DNA of 64,000 bases from a virus. The notes below the pieces were generated by a model. The model made no database searches. It worked only from the letters and a program-made list of their open reading frames with translations, and was not told where the DNA came from. Both the position numbers and the translations under genes were made by a program. The stretch spans positions 206,182-270,181 of IMG/VR virus record IMGVR_UViG_3300024503_000015. One strand, written 5' to 3'. Positions 46,322 to 56,220 of the stretch are shown here, in pieces (position 1 is the first letter of the stretch; every line of letters begins with the position of its first letter).

Positions 46322-46395
46322 TGGTGCGCTAGACAGGAATCGAACCTGCTATCGGGAGTTTAGAAGTCCCTGCCTATCCATTGAGCTTCAAGCGC
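46322..46395 (-). tRNA. isolated tRNA, best fold gives anticodon CTA (amber-suppressor-like); alternative register TCT
   Basis: Acceptor GCGCTTG/CTAGCGC, T-arm GCAGG-TTCGATT-CCTGT, CCA. Anticodon stem GGGA/TCCC with loop TTCTAAA. Confidence 0.4.
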
Positions 46396-46396
46396 A

Positions 46397-46606
46397 TTAT
46401 CGTTCCCAAATTGTAGTCATGTTGAGCCAACGTGCTACGGGTTTAACTACCAGCGGAATCATTAAGCAAAGAATCCAAACCATTTGGATGTATTCTGCTT
46501 CTGTAAATTTGTAGGCAATGTTAGCAAAGCCAACTACTAGATAAATGGCGGACAGCCAAAAGAGGTAATGTCCGCCACTGCGTTGCCAAAGTAAACGTTT
46601 TAACAT
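46397..46606 (-). CDS. hypothetical membrane protein
   Basis: 69 aa with two predicted transmembrane segments. Confidence 0.4.
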   Translation of the reverse strand: MLKRLLWQRSGGHYLFWLSAIYLVVGFANIAYKFTEAEYIQMVWILCLMIPLVVKPVARWLNMTTIWER

Positions 46607-46607
46607 A

Positions 46608-47408
46608 TTACTTACCGTTGGTAGTAACAGTAGGAGTTACAACACCGTTGATAACCAAAGTTTGACCTTTGAAGTTGGCAATAGCATCGGGCAACTTACG
46701 CATGGCTTCTGCTTCTGCCTCCGCCTTCAACAATGGAATTGCCATCGGATTGGCCTGCATCGATTCGTTACGTTTCTTAGCAGTAGCAACTTTGACTTCT
46801 TCGGTCTTGTACTCGTTCTTGGCTTTGACCAATTCGTTGGCGCTGGCTACAACAGAGTCTGCAGGCACAATGTTACGAATAAGAACTTGTCCAATTACAA
46901 TAGTACCATCCAACTTTTCTTCAGCCAGTGTACGAGTAACTTGTTCTTTGATTTCAGTTTCCATTGCTTGACGTGCATCACCCATTTCCAATGCTTCATA
47001 CTTACGTGCGGCTTTGTAGATAGCATTACGTGAAGCATTAAAGATGTAATTATACATCAAGTAAACATCGCCATTATGACTAGCGTGGAATGATTTATTT
47101 TTTGTATTATAAATCTCGGCCACTTGTGCTTGATTGATATTATAAGTAACCAACGCATCAAAGTCCTTCATTGTGCTATTATCTTTAGCCAATGGAGTCA
47201 TGTCTTCAACTTTGACACTAATTTCCTTAGTTGGGAATGTAAGTACATCGCCGATAATAGTTTGGTTAAACGAACCAGGAAGCAATTCCTCATTCTTGAC
47301 CTGCTTGTCAAAACCGACACGGAGACCAACTTCACCAGTTTCGATACGAGTACAACCCGTTGCCAAAACTGCGGCGGCAAGAATAGAGAGAGTTAAAATA
47401 CGCTTCAT
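46608..47408 (-). CDS. SPFH/band-7 (stomatin-prohibitin-like) lipoprotein
   Basis: Signal peptide with lipobox-like LATGC. SPFH core followed by an AEAEAEA coiled coil. Confidence 0.7.
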   Translation of the reverse strand: MKRILTLSILAAAVLATGCTRIETGEVGLRVGFDKQVKNEELLPGSFNQTIIGDVLTFPTKEISVKVEDMTPLAKDNSTMKDFDALVTYNINQAQVAEIYNTKNKSFHASHNGDVYLMYNYIFNASRNAIYKAARKYEALEMGDARQAMETEIKEQVTRTLAEEKLDGTIVIGQVLIRNIVPADSVVASANELVKAKNEYKTEEVKVATAKKRNESMQANPMAIPLLKAEAEAEAMRKLPDAIANFKGQTLVINGVVTPTVTTNGK

Positions 47409-47590
47409 TGTTTTTCCTTAAAATAAAATTACGATTGCTGTCATCACCATTAGTGCTAACAGTGAAACAATTATACTATAGGCCAATGACTTTGTCAATG
47501 ACCAACGCTCCTTGCCCTCCATTTTCCTCCAGGTAGTAATACCTAAATGGATCAGGACGGCAAGGATTGCAAAGACTAGCCAAAGTCTAA

Positions 47591-48412
47591 TCATTGTGTT
47601 ACCTTAAGAGCGGCATCGACTGCGGCCTTAACAGCGGCATCCAACTGCTCTTGTGTGTAGGCTTCATCCTGGACAGGTGCTTTGAAAGCATCGTCTGGAT
47701 GTACGCCCAATTCACCAATAACTTCGTAGCGGCAAGCACGACCCTTAGACGCATTGTAGTCAGTAGGAATGCTTACAACATCACGTGGATTGATCTTAAG
47801 GATCACTGTACGTTCACCACCAAAGTGGTCCAAGTACTCACGTGAGCAGAAGTGCAGACCAGAACTACAAGTGTTTTCGGCCTTGTCGTCAACTTGGTTG
47901 CGCTCCATTTCAACAATCTGTCCAACAGAGTTATCCATTGTACCACTGTGGCAATCCTTATAGTCCTTACGAACTTTCTTGTATGCCAAGAAGTGACCGT
48001 CATTGGTAATTGGCAAATTACCCTTTTCCAAAAACTTGTACAGTTCTGTAACAGCACGATGACTTGGGTTGCTCATCAAGTTCTCCATAAACTGAACCAT
48101 AGGCTCAATTGGGAAACCATCTTGGTACATAGAAATAATTCTATCTGCCAATGTGTTGTGGAACTCTTGTCCCTTCCAGTAGAACTTGTCTCCTTGGATA
48201 GCGATGTTACCAGCACCATATTCGAGCACAATTTTCTTTGGCTCAATTACTTCCTGTACTGTGTCCCAGTCACCTGTCTTAATTGCTTCTTTGACTTTCT
48301 CATAGGCAATATGAGTAGAAGTAATTGTATGTGGATTGTTGTTAATTACAACAACAATATTTTTGCCTTGAATCAAATATGGAAACATTTTAAACACCTT
48401 TCTGTGTGTCAA
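47591..48412 (-). CDS. rIIB: rIIB lysis-inhibition protein
   Basis: FMENLMSNPSHRAVTELYKF...CSSGLHFCSREYLDHFGG...INPRDVVSIPTDYNASKGRACRYEV parallels the T4 rIIB C-terminal half. Confidence 0.85.
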   Translation of the reverse strand: MTHRKVFKMFPYLIQGKNIVVVINNNPHTITSTHIAYEKVKEAIKTGDWDTVQEVIEPKKIVLEYGAGNIAIQGDKFYWKGQEFHNTLADRIISMYQDGFPIEPMVQFMENLMSNPSHRAVTELYKFLEKGNLPITNDGHFLAYKKVRKDYKDCHSGTMDNSVGQIVEMERNQVDDKAENTCSSGLHFCSREYLDHFGGERTVILKINPRDVVSIPTDYNASKGRACRYEVIGELGVHPDDAFKAPVQDEAYTQEQLDAAVKAAVDAALKVTQ

Positions 48413-50552
48413 TCAAATTAACGTACTCAGCAACTTCATGATTTGGCGCACTACGCAAGTATGCCAACAACGGATAACGCTTACTAATGGTTGCACATTC
48501 ATCAGTAAACTTCTGCACTTGAGCTTCTGGACTAAAGGTTACACCAGGAGCATAACGATTGCACAAACGCTTCAAACTTTGTTCACTGTACTTAATCTTT
48601 TCATAGCCCTTGAACTGTTTTACCAATTCAACATACGGACTATTTTTGTTAGTAACATTAAACATGATGCTTTCATTATACTGCAACAGGTTGAAATTGT
48701 CAACAGCCTGCAATACCAAACTCATAACAAGTTTATTATCAATTGGCTTGCTCAAAACACTAACAATGTGCTCTTCAATGTTGACCCAATTCTTTTGAGT
48801 CTTAATAAACTCAATGTCGCCTTTACGCACACCGTAGATTGTAGTCTTCAAACCAGTTAAACCACAGTCTTTCAAATCGTTGTAAAACTCTTTGACGTTG
48901 CTCATACCATACTTACTTTGAACTTCAAAACCGCTCAAAGGCAAGTAGTAGTAAGTAGTAGCATCATCAAAACTGTCAGCCTTACCAGCATCACGCCAAA
49001 CCATTTCGCGTTCACGATAGTAGCCACCTGTGCCACGTTCTTGCAAACACAAGATTGTAACGTTCTTTGCCAAACCAACTTGACGTTCTTTCTTCGACAA
49101 CGAACTGGCTTTTACAATACGATCCTCTGGAGGATTAGCAATAGCCTTAAAGAACGCCTTAGTGTTCATGACTTTGTCTTTGTTTAATTTATCTAAGACA
49201 AAGACTGTAGCACTATTGTCTGGCTTAGTTTCACGATAGTGGAACTTGGCACGTTCAAGGGCACCGATATTGGTATCATTAACGATAAACTGTACACGGT
49301 CCTCTACAGTAATGCCCCAGTAGGCAAACATATCGTAATGCCCTTGAGCGTTCTTGTTATCACTGTATTGTGTGTCAGCCTTACGGTTAGGATATGCCTT
49401 AGTGTGCTTGGCATAGTTAAAACCTCTGATAACGATGTTGTATTTCTTAGCAAGATCTTCAACACCCATTTTGAAAGTCTTAGTACCGCCGTAACGGCTG
49501 TCATCGAATGTAGACAGGTTAGTGTCTGCTACATACTTCTTAACCGCCGCTTGCCACAAACCATTATGATACTTCTTAGTCAAGAAGATAGCACGATCCC
49601 ACAGGTTAGGAATAGCATCTGCTTCTTTGGCTACGTGAACAGCCAACTGAGCATTTACTGCCTCTAACTTGCGCTTGATGGCATCTACAGTCTGAGGAAT
49701 GTATGACAAACCTTCACGGCTTGCTTGGAAGTCTAATTCGCCAATAGCAAAGTGCATTTCCAAACCACAGTTCAACAACAGGCGCAATTCGCCCATAGCC
49801 TGTTCTGTGTTAGGAACATCTATAGGATAGGCAATATTGCCCATGATGGCTACAGCACGACGGTGTCCGTCTGTGTATGAGTGAACGCCTGGAATGATAT
49901 CCTTAGCATCATATTCTACATCACGGAAACGGAAGTCGCTGACACCGCTGATAACTGGGCGCAGAGCAAAATAAGTGTAGACATATCGTGCTTCTTCTTG
50001 GAACTTACTAAAGTCCCAACGGTCACTGACTGAGAATTTAACTTCGACACCGTCGGGTTCGCTGGTTTGTTCTTCACCCATCTTGGCAATACTAGGCACA
50101 CCTGCTTCGTTAATAAAAGCAGAGTAAACACCTTTAACGCCGTCTTTGATTGCGGTTACCGTGAAGTTATCTGTATAACTAAAAGGACTCTTAGAACCCA
50201 AACCTAATGCGCCGATAAAATCGTTGCTGTTGGTCTTAGTACTTTCAAAGTATGTGGTATAGATGTTTGTAACTTGTTCGTGGCTCAAACCAGTACCATA
50301 GTCACGAATACTAAACCAAGGTTCCAATTGGTTGGGCAAGTGTACATCAAAAGGAGTATCTTGTTTGCCTGCGGCAGTATGGCTATCTACTGCGTTACAA
50401 CTCAGTTCACGGATGATAGCACGGATCTTGTTAGCATACAAGCCTGAACTCAAAATGTTAAATGCCTTAGCAGAGTTGCGAATACGGAACTCGCCCACTT
50501 CACTTACATTACTCAAAATTGCTTCGTTTTGCGGAGCATTGTTAATAATCAT
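48390..50552 (-). CDS. rIIA: rIIA protein (GHKL ATPase-like N-terminus)
   Basis: Start trimmed to MIINN. AKAFNILSSGLYANKIRAIIRELSCNAVDS, DYGTGLSH and GALGLGSKSPFSYTD match the T4 rIIA N-terminus. Confidence 0.85.
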   Translation of the reverse strand: MIINNAPQNEAILSNVSEVGEFRIRNSAKAFNILSSGLYANKIRAIIRELSCNAVDSHTAAGKQDTPFDVHLPNQLEPWFSIRDYGTGLSHEQVTNIYTTYFESTKTNSNDFIGALGLGSKSPFSYTDNFTVTAIKDGVKGVYSAFINEAGVPSIAKMGEEQTSEPDGVEVKFSVSDRWDFSKFQEEARYVYTYFALRPVISGVSDFRFRDVEYDAKDIIPGVHSYTDGHRRAVAIMGNIAYPIDVPNTEQAMGELRLLLNCGLEMHFAIGELDFQASREGLSYIPQTVDAIKRKLEAVNAQLAVHVAKEADAIPNLWDRAIFLTKKYHNGLWQAAVKKYVADTNLSTFDDSRYGGTKTFKMGVEDLAKKYNIVIRGFNYAKHTKAYPNRKADTQYSDNKNAQGHYDMFAYWGITVEDRVQFIVNDTNIGALERAKFHYRETKPDNSATVFVLDKLNKDKVMNTKAFFKAIANPPEDRIVKASSLSKKERQVGLAKNVTILCLQERGTGGYYREREMVWRDAGKADSFDDATTYYYLPLSGFEVQSKYGMSNVKEFYNDLKDCGLTGLKTTIYGVRKGDIEFIKTQKNWVNIEEHIVSVLSKPIDNKLVMSLVLQAVDNFNLLQYNESIMFNVTNKNSPYVELVKQFKGYEKIKYSEQSLKRLCNRYAPGVTFSPEAQVQKFTDECATISKRYPLLAYLRSAPNHEVAEYVNLIDTQKGV

Positions 50553-50660
50553 CTTTAGCCTTTCTGCGCCTAGTTGTTTACTGTATGTGTATATTATAGC
50601 AAATGAACTGTGGTCTGTCAACTGTCGATGAGTCCAAAATATGAACCCATCGACACAAGA

Positions 50661-50852
50661 TTAACCAATTTGATCTATGCGGGCTCTCCAATAGATCTCA
50701 TAAGTGCCTTGATTACAGGCTTCTGCGTAGGTTTCGGCCTCTTCGCGGGTAGTGAAGAATTTGGTTTCTTCTGGGCAAGGACGCTGTCCCCATCCTGCTT
50801 CGTACTCAGTTACGGTGACTTTGTACAGGGTGCTAACTCTAACTTCGGACAT
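50661..50852 (-). CDS. hypothetical protein
   Basis: 63 aa ORF. Confidence 0.4.
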   Translation of the reverse strand: MSEVRVSTLYKVTVTEYEAGWGQRPCPEETKFFTTREEAETYAEACNQGTYEIYWRARIDQIG

Positions 50853-50947
50853 TTTGGGCTCCTTTCTTACTAGGCTTTTAGTATAAGCGATCTAGTAAGA
50901 AATGTCAATCGTAAAAAAGGTGTTGTATTTCTACAACACCCTTGCGC

Positions 50948-52027
50948 TTAAAAAGCGTCCCAGTAAGAGTAAGTCTTCTCTTTAACTTTGGTAAGGATAA
51001 GGCTTGCACCTTCCTTGTTAGTGAACACGTACTTGGTACCATTGTCATCAATCTTCTTCAACTCGTCCGGAGTGAATCGGATACCCTGCCAATCCCAATC
51101 TTCGTCACCAGTTTCTTCGTCACGTTCAATAACCTTGTAAGAAATGTTGACATTCTTGTTAAGAGGATTGCCTTCCCATTCCTTGTCTTCAAAATTGTTT
51201 TCTTTGACTTCTTCGCCATTGATAACCAACTTGATTGCATAACGAGAAGTCGAACCGTATTCTGGTTTGGCATTCAGCATAGTCATTGCTTCCTGCGGAG
51301 TTTCGTCGAAACGATTCATTTCTTCAACCAATGCCTTCAGCATGTCAAAGTTGAATTGGTCAAACGTACCAGCAATACCTACAATCTTTTCAATGTGTTC
51401 TTTGTTTTGAAGATTGTCCATGCAGTATTCACGAATGAAGTCTGCATCCAAGCCCTTATACTCAAGGCTGTAATAAACACGACCAGGACGATTACGCATA
51501 TGGCTATTAACACGCCATTTGTCGTTACAAGTAAGCACAAACAACTTTTTGGTTGGGTACACACCGTCCAGCAGAGTCAGCATCTGTTCTTGCTCGTGTT
51601 CATCATAGACTTTTTCAAATTCATCAAACACTACAATTACAGGTTGTTCAATACTTTGAATGAACGCATTGAATTGGTCTCCACACCAAGGAGCATTGAT
51701 TACAATAGTAGGAATACCTTTGTCATATCCCTTGACAGAAAGCATCTTAGCCAATAGTGTTTTGCCAGAACCTTTTTCACCAGTAAGCATTACGCCAGTA
51801 GTACTGGGACGATCCTCAAACGCATAAAGAATACGGTCGGCACGTTTGTTTGTATCGCCGTAAATCTTGCCTTTGATTTCGAACTTGTCAATTGTTTCAA
51901 GAAACAACTGCCCAGACATCTCGTCCTTTTTAACGACATAGTTACCAGCCGGCAACTTCTCTTGAATATCAAGTGCTTCTTTTTTGGATACTCGGTAAGT
52001 GCTACCTTGCTTTAGGAAATAGGTCAT
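50948..52027 (-). CDS. AAA+ ATPase
   Basis: Walker A GEKGSGKT and Walker B VVFDEFEK. Confidence 0.6.
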   Translation of the reverse strand: MTYFLKQGSTYRVSKKEALDIQEKLPAGNYVVKKDEMSGQLFLETIDKFEIKGKIYGDTNKRADRILYAFEDRPSTTGVMLTGEKGSGKTLLAKMLSVKGYDKGIPTIVINAPWCGDQFNAFIQSIEQPVIVVFDEFEKVYDEHEQEQMLTLLDGVYPTKKLFVLTCNDKWRVNSHMRNRPGRVYYSLEYKGLDADFIREYCMDNLQNKEHIEKIVGIAGTFDQFNFDMLKALVEEMNRFDETPQEAMTMLNAKPEYGSTSRYAIKLVINGEEVKENNFEDKEWEGNPLNKNVNISYKVIERDEETGDEDWDWQGIRFTPDELKKIDDNGTKYVFTNKEGASLILTKVKEKTYSYWDAF

Positions 52028-52104
52028 GTGATCTTTCTATGAAATAAAACTGCGATACTGTGTATTATAGGCTCGGACAGGGCATCTGTCAATGTGTTTG
52101 GTAA

Positions 52105-52135
52105 AATAAAAAAGGGCCCGAAGGCCCTTTGGTTG
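52105..52135 (-). terminator. rho-independent terminator (second copy of GGGCCCGAAGGCCC hairpin)
   Basis: Hairpin followed by TTTTTTATTTT on the minus strand. Confidence 0.55.
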
Positions 52136-52395
52136 TTTGGGTTACAAGGTAAGTCCTACCCCGGAGTTGCAGTTTCTTAGGCTGCTACTAGACCATTGTC
52201 GGCTGTGAAGCCTTCAACAGTGAAGTACTCAAATGTAGATGCGTTTGCATTTACTAGTTTTGCTTGATTTACGGTCATCGCCTACCGTGTTGCCGTCTCT
52301 ACTATCTACCCCTGTCGAAACCATGGCAGGCCCATCATAAAAACACAATACCAAAGTAAATTTACAATGAATACCAAAGTAAATTTATGTCCTTA

Positions 52396-52435
52396 TGGTG
52401 GACCTGGCGGGAGTCGAACCCGCGTCCAGAAGTCC
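52396..52435 (-). other. tRNA 3'-half-like minihelix (T-arm + acceptor + CCA) lacking D and anticodon arms
   Basis: GCGGG-TTCGACT-CCCGC T-arm, then CAGGTCC-A-CCA, with a complementary GGACTTC only 5 nt upstream. Confidence 0.3.
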
Positions 52436-52463
52436 TTCGCTTTGAAGGGATTACAACAATTCT

Positions 52464-53042
52464 TTAAACGCCTGCCTTTGCTAATGTGCCAAATATCCAA
52501 GGTTTTGGATCTAAGTCAATTGTCCAAGATGTCGGTTCATTTCTCATATCTTTTTTGTACACAATATTTATTTGGTCGTGTGTTAGTTTGACTAAGAAGC
52601 CGTCTGTTAATTGTTTTAGATTAGCCTTAACTGTTGCGTAATCTACAAAGGCAACAGCGAATGTTCCTTTAATTTGGACTATCATTAAATGATTAAAAAC
52701 TTTGTCTAGTGTAGTTCTTTGATTCTTACTTTCGTAAACATTTTTTAATTTAAGACTGATTGTCTTTTTAGGAGTTCCTGACTTTGCGTAGAACAAAGGT
52801 TCGTTGCCAGTTTTAACTTCTACGTCGCCATTGGTCCAATCGGTAAATTTTATATCGTAATCGCGAACGTCAGTCCACTCGATGTTCTTTTTATGATTAG
52901 ATAATTGCATTGCCGCAATAATGAATTTTTCTTTCATCATTCGATTTGTGGATTCATTTAATACTGTCTGATGACAGATGTTATTACAAGCATCTGAAAA
53001 CTTGTCAATATCTACCCAATCTAAAAATTCATTGTACTGCAT
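52464..53042 (-). CDS. hypothetical protein
   Basis: 192 aa ORF. Confidence 0.5.
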   Translation of the reverse strand: MQYNEFLDWVDIDKFSDACNNICHQTVLNESTNRMMKEKFIIAAMQLSNHKKNIEWTDVRDYDIKFTDWTNGDVEVKTGNEPLFYAKSGTPKKTISLKLKNVYESKNQRTTLDKVFNHLMIVQIKGTFAVAFVDYATVKANLKQLTDGFLVKLTHDQINIVYKKDMRNEPTSWTIDLDPKPWIFGTLAKAGV

Positions 53043-53136
53043 TGTTATTCGCCATCTGGAAATTTATCGTGCCAGTCCATGATCCACCAAATGACCCAAC
53101 CGACCACTGCGGCGATAATTAACCAGAACAGCAACG

Positions 53137-53322
53137 TCATAATAAATCTAAGTCCTTCTTAAATTTTTCAATTTCATCTTTAAGATGTAATTTTTCTTTT
53201 TTAAGATTACTTACTGCTTTGTCGTCTTGGTATCTATTAAACTCTTCTTGAATTAAACGATCCAATTCGTCGTGCTTCTTTTGTAAATGCTTAATGTGGT
53301 GTTGAATTTTTTCACGATCCAT
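53137..53322 (-). CDS. small coiled-coil protein
   Basis: 61 aa, heptad-rich. Confidence 0.35.
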   Translation of the reverse strand: MDREKIQHHIKHLQKKHDELDRLIQEEFNRYQDDKAVSNLKKEKLHLKDEIEKFKKDLDLL

Positions 53323-53521
53323 TGCTACTCCTATTCATTGCATTTCTAATTATATCAAGTTCGCTTTTTAAACGACTGCGTTCTCGATTTATATACTCAA
53401 CGCTTTCCTGTAACAGTCGAACCTGCTCTTGAAGTTGTCGAACCTGTTGCTCCAGCGGAAGAAGATTTGGATCTTTTTCATGTACATGAATCTTTACTTC
53501 TTCACTGTATGCTGGAATCAT
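53312..53521 (-). CDS. small coiled-coil protein
   Basis: 69 aa, heptad-rich. Confidence 0.35.
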   Translation of the reverse strand: MIPAYSEEVKIHVHEKDPNLLPLEQQVRQLQEQVRLLQESVEYINRERSRLKSELDIIRNAMNRSSNGS

Positions 53522-53901
53522 TGTGCTACTTCCTCTTTTGCTGGCTCTTCTGCCGGTGCTTCTGTATTTACTTCAGGCTTAGGAGCTCTTGCTTCAAATC
53601 CACTGAGTAAGTTGGCTCTTGCAGTTTGGACTATTGTATCTAATTCTGCATCACTAACACGACCTCTAGTAAATTCTTTTAGTACATCAGCAAAGGCCGC
53701 CCCAACTACTGCGGCAATATCTGCTACTGTACCAATTGGCTTGCCTTCATTATGTTTTACTAATACTGCGGTTCTGCCATAGATGAAATGCTGAATGTCG
53801 CGATCCAATGTTACTAGTACATCTGGTGTAGGATCGTTCATTAACTCCTTGAGCATATGAGCGAATGTTGCTACATCGCGTTTGATTTCTTTTTTATCCA
53901 T
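53518..53901 (-). CDS. hypothetical protein
   Basis: 127 aa ORF. Confidence 0.45.
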   Translation of the reverse strand: MDKKEIKRDVATFAHMLKELMNDPTPDVLVTLDRDIQHFIYGRTAVLVKHNEGKPIGTVADIAAVVGAAFADVLKEFTRGRVSDAELDTIVQTARANLLSGFEARAPKPEVNTEAPAEEPAKEEVAQ

Positions 53902-54101
53902 TACTTACCTGCGGATTCTTTACGTTCGTTCTTTACTGCGGTTACATCGTTACGAACTTCTTTACATAGTTTGGCTAACTCTTGTAAGTGCTTGCGAACA
54001 CGAGTACCTGCGGCATTAACACCCTTGTCATAGAACTTTTCAAAGTCACCTTCTGCGGCTTCGATTAGTTTTGAAAAATCTTGAAATCTGTTTGTTGCCA
54101 T
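53901..54101 (-). CDS. small hypothetical protein
   Basis: Trimmed to the internal ATG preceded by GGAG (MATNRFQDFSKLIEAAEG...). Confidence 0.4.
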   Translation of the reverse strand: MATNRFQDFSKLIEAAEGDFEKFYDKGVNAAGTRVRKHLQELAKLCKEVRNDVTAVKNERKESAGK

Positions 54102-54291
54102 AATGTTTCTCCTTGTTATTATGTTTATTACTTTTAGCCAACTTGGCTGGGCTTTTCTGGCCGTGTAGTACAGAATTGACACTCTGGATCCTTGCACGGT
54201 TCTTCTAGCCACTTATTACACAACTCGCAAAAATACGCATCGTACTTGTTGCTATATTGTTTCTCACTTTCACAGACAGGACACTTATAAC

Positions 54292-55128
54292 TTATGTCCA
54301 TAATCCGTGCCTCACTTTGATTAGGCGAATCATCATAGCCTCATCTTCTTTTTCATAGTCTGCTTCGATTTTACGAAGTAACTTGTGTGCTTTATCGCTC
54401 ATCTTTCTAAGTTCAGGAGTCTTGTCATTACTGAAACTTAATTTGCCACCGTTGGCTAAACGTGCGGCTTCACAGTAAGCAGTCCAGCCACTTGCTTCCA
54501 TCGGCTCTGGACGATTACGATATACCTGTGTCCACCATGTGTACAAGTCTAAGATTTCCTGCGCTTTGACTGCCTGCGGAGTAAGTTCGCCAAGGTTCTT
54601 ACTGTCTGGTCCAACTTCGTCTTCTTTCCAACGTAGATTACGTTGCCATTCAAGGTTGTCAAGTCCGGCTTGAGGACAACGCCAAGTGCGCCATCTGAAC
54701 CAACCAGTAGCCCAAAACGGTGCTTTGTATTTTTCTCTTTCACTCTTGTCACTCCATGCTATGTGCCACCAGGCTAGTTCAACCTCGACAAAATCTTGAA
54801 GTTCATTAAAGAGACAAGGTAAAAAACGATTACCAACATCGTGCCAATCACCGGGCTTGATATCACGAGGATGAGCGGTAAGGGCATGAGTTTTAGTAAC
54901 CCAACGGTTGTTAATGTAATATTTGAGAGCATGTAGTTTATCCGGAATAAAAAATACAACTGTTTGTAAATGATCCAATCCTTCTTCTGCTAACCACCAA
55001 CGGATAGGATACGCGGCTTTAGCACGAGATTCCCACTCGTCCCACTCTTCGCTAGTCCCACACTTTAGTTTAGTAGTACCACGAAGCCAATCTGCAAATT
55101 TTGAACAAGTCCAATAATGATTACGCAT
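54292..55128 (-). CDS. hypothetical Trp-rich protein
   Basis: 278 aa ORF. Confidence 0.5.
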   Translation of the reverse strand: MRNHYWTCSKFADWLRGTTKLKCGTSEEWDEWESRAKAAYPIRWWLAEEGLDHLQTVVFFIPDKLHALKYYINNRWVTKTHALTAHPRDIKPGDWHDVGNRFLPCLFNELQDFVEVELAWWHIAWSDKSEREKYKAPFWATGWFRWRTWRCPQAGLDNLEWQRNLRWKEDEVGPDSKNLGELTPQAVKAQEILDLYTWWTQVYRNRPEPMEASGWTAYCEAARLANGGKLSFSNDKTPELRKMSDKAHKLLRKIEADYEKEDEAMMIRLIKVRHGLWT

Positions 55129-55266
55129 TTTAATCTATCTTATCTATTCCGTAGAGTTGCATGAAGCCGACCTTGTACACCGAAAACTCTATTGCCTCAC
55201 TTAGTGTAGCAAACGTTCTCGATGAAAGTGTTCCAGCAGTCATGTAGTATCTTACCTTATACATCA

Positions 55267-55830
55267 CTATACTATATGATCCGCTACCCCAAAGTCAACC
55301 ACTTCTTGTGCAGTTAGGTAAACATCGCTGGCTGGTAGTAGTTTTGCTTTAACTCTACTTTTAACCAAGCCTGTTGTTTCGGTTAGAATTGTTATCATCT
55401 TTTCATTTAACAATTCGGTTTCTTTCATTTCTGCTTTTAGGTCGTGATACTTAGCATCCATTCCGGATGTAAATTGGTGACACATAAAACTAGTATTACT
55501 AGCCGCATAACGATGCTTTTTATCACCGCAGGCAAAAATTAAAAATGCCGCACTCATGACAGCACCAATTCCAATAGTTCTTACAATATGTGGACTGCTA
55601 CGCATTACATCAATTAACGCTAGAGCCTGATACAAATCTCCGCCCGTGCTGTTAATATACAAGGTCAAAGTTCTACCTTCGCCTTGTAAATTTTCATAGA
55701 GAATCCATTTGATGGCTTCGCCTACTGTATCTTCATCTATCTCTCCATTCAAATAAAAAGTAGAATTTTCCAGTAATCTAAGATCAATTCTATCTTCCGC
55801 ATTGAACTCATCAATTTTTTTCATTTTCAC
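55267..55830 (-). CDS. divergent ClpP-like serine protease (second Clp paralog)
   Basis: Clp-fold motifs INSTGGDLYQALALIDV, Ser in GAVMSAAF and His in FMCHQF. Diverged from canonical ClpP. Confidence 0.6.
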   Translation of the reverse strand: MKMKKIDEFNAEDRIDLRLLENSTFYLNGEIDEDTVGEAIKWILYENLQGEGRTLTLYINSTGGDLYQALALIDVMRSSPHIVRTIGIGAVMSAAFLIFACGDKKHRYAASNTSFMCHQFTSGMDAKYHDLKAEMKETELLNEKMITILTETTGLVKSRVKAKLLPASDVYLTAQEVVDFGVADHIV

Positions 55831-56114
55831 TCCGGTATATATTGTCCAAAGCCGTTCTCTTGGAAGTGTGTGTATACGGCATCTTTATCTATTTCATCTA
55901 ATGCTTTTACTTCTTGTGCAAATGTATTAATGTTAATAGTTCCGTTTGAACTTTTAGAACTTTTTAACATTTGGAGTATATCTGCTAAATGGCCTAATCT
56001 TTCCAATCCAACATCTACTTCTCCATCTTCAAATAACTTGTATGCCCTTTCGGCATGGTCCGAGCAATACTCAAACATAGATGCTTCGAACTTCTGAACG
56101 TGTGCTTGTGACAT
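55827..56114 (-). CDS. hypothetical protein
   Basis: 95 aa ORF. Confidence 0.4.
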   Translation of the reverse strand: MSQAHVQKFEASMFEYCSDHAERAYKLFEDGEVDVGLERLGHLADILQMLKSSKSSNGTININTFAQEVKALDEIDKDAVYTHFQENGFGQYIPE

Positions 56115-56220
56115 GATTCCTTACTTTATTAAGTGCTACTATTATAACACATTTATTTAACCTGTCAAATACTTATCTACTCAGTTAACATAAATACACG
56201 TATAAAGAGCGGAGCGTAAA

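Noticed and set aside
52396-52435. tRNA 3' fragment taken as evidence of a prophage attachment site
   Set aside because: No integrase, excisionase or other temperate-phage gene is present in the window. Genome content is T4-like lytic. Kept only as an orphan minihelix.
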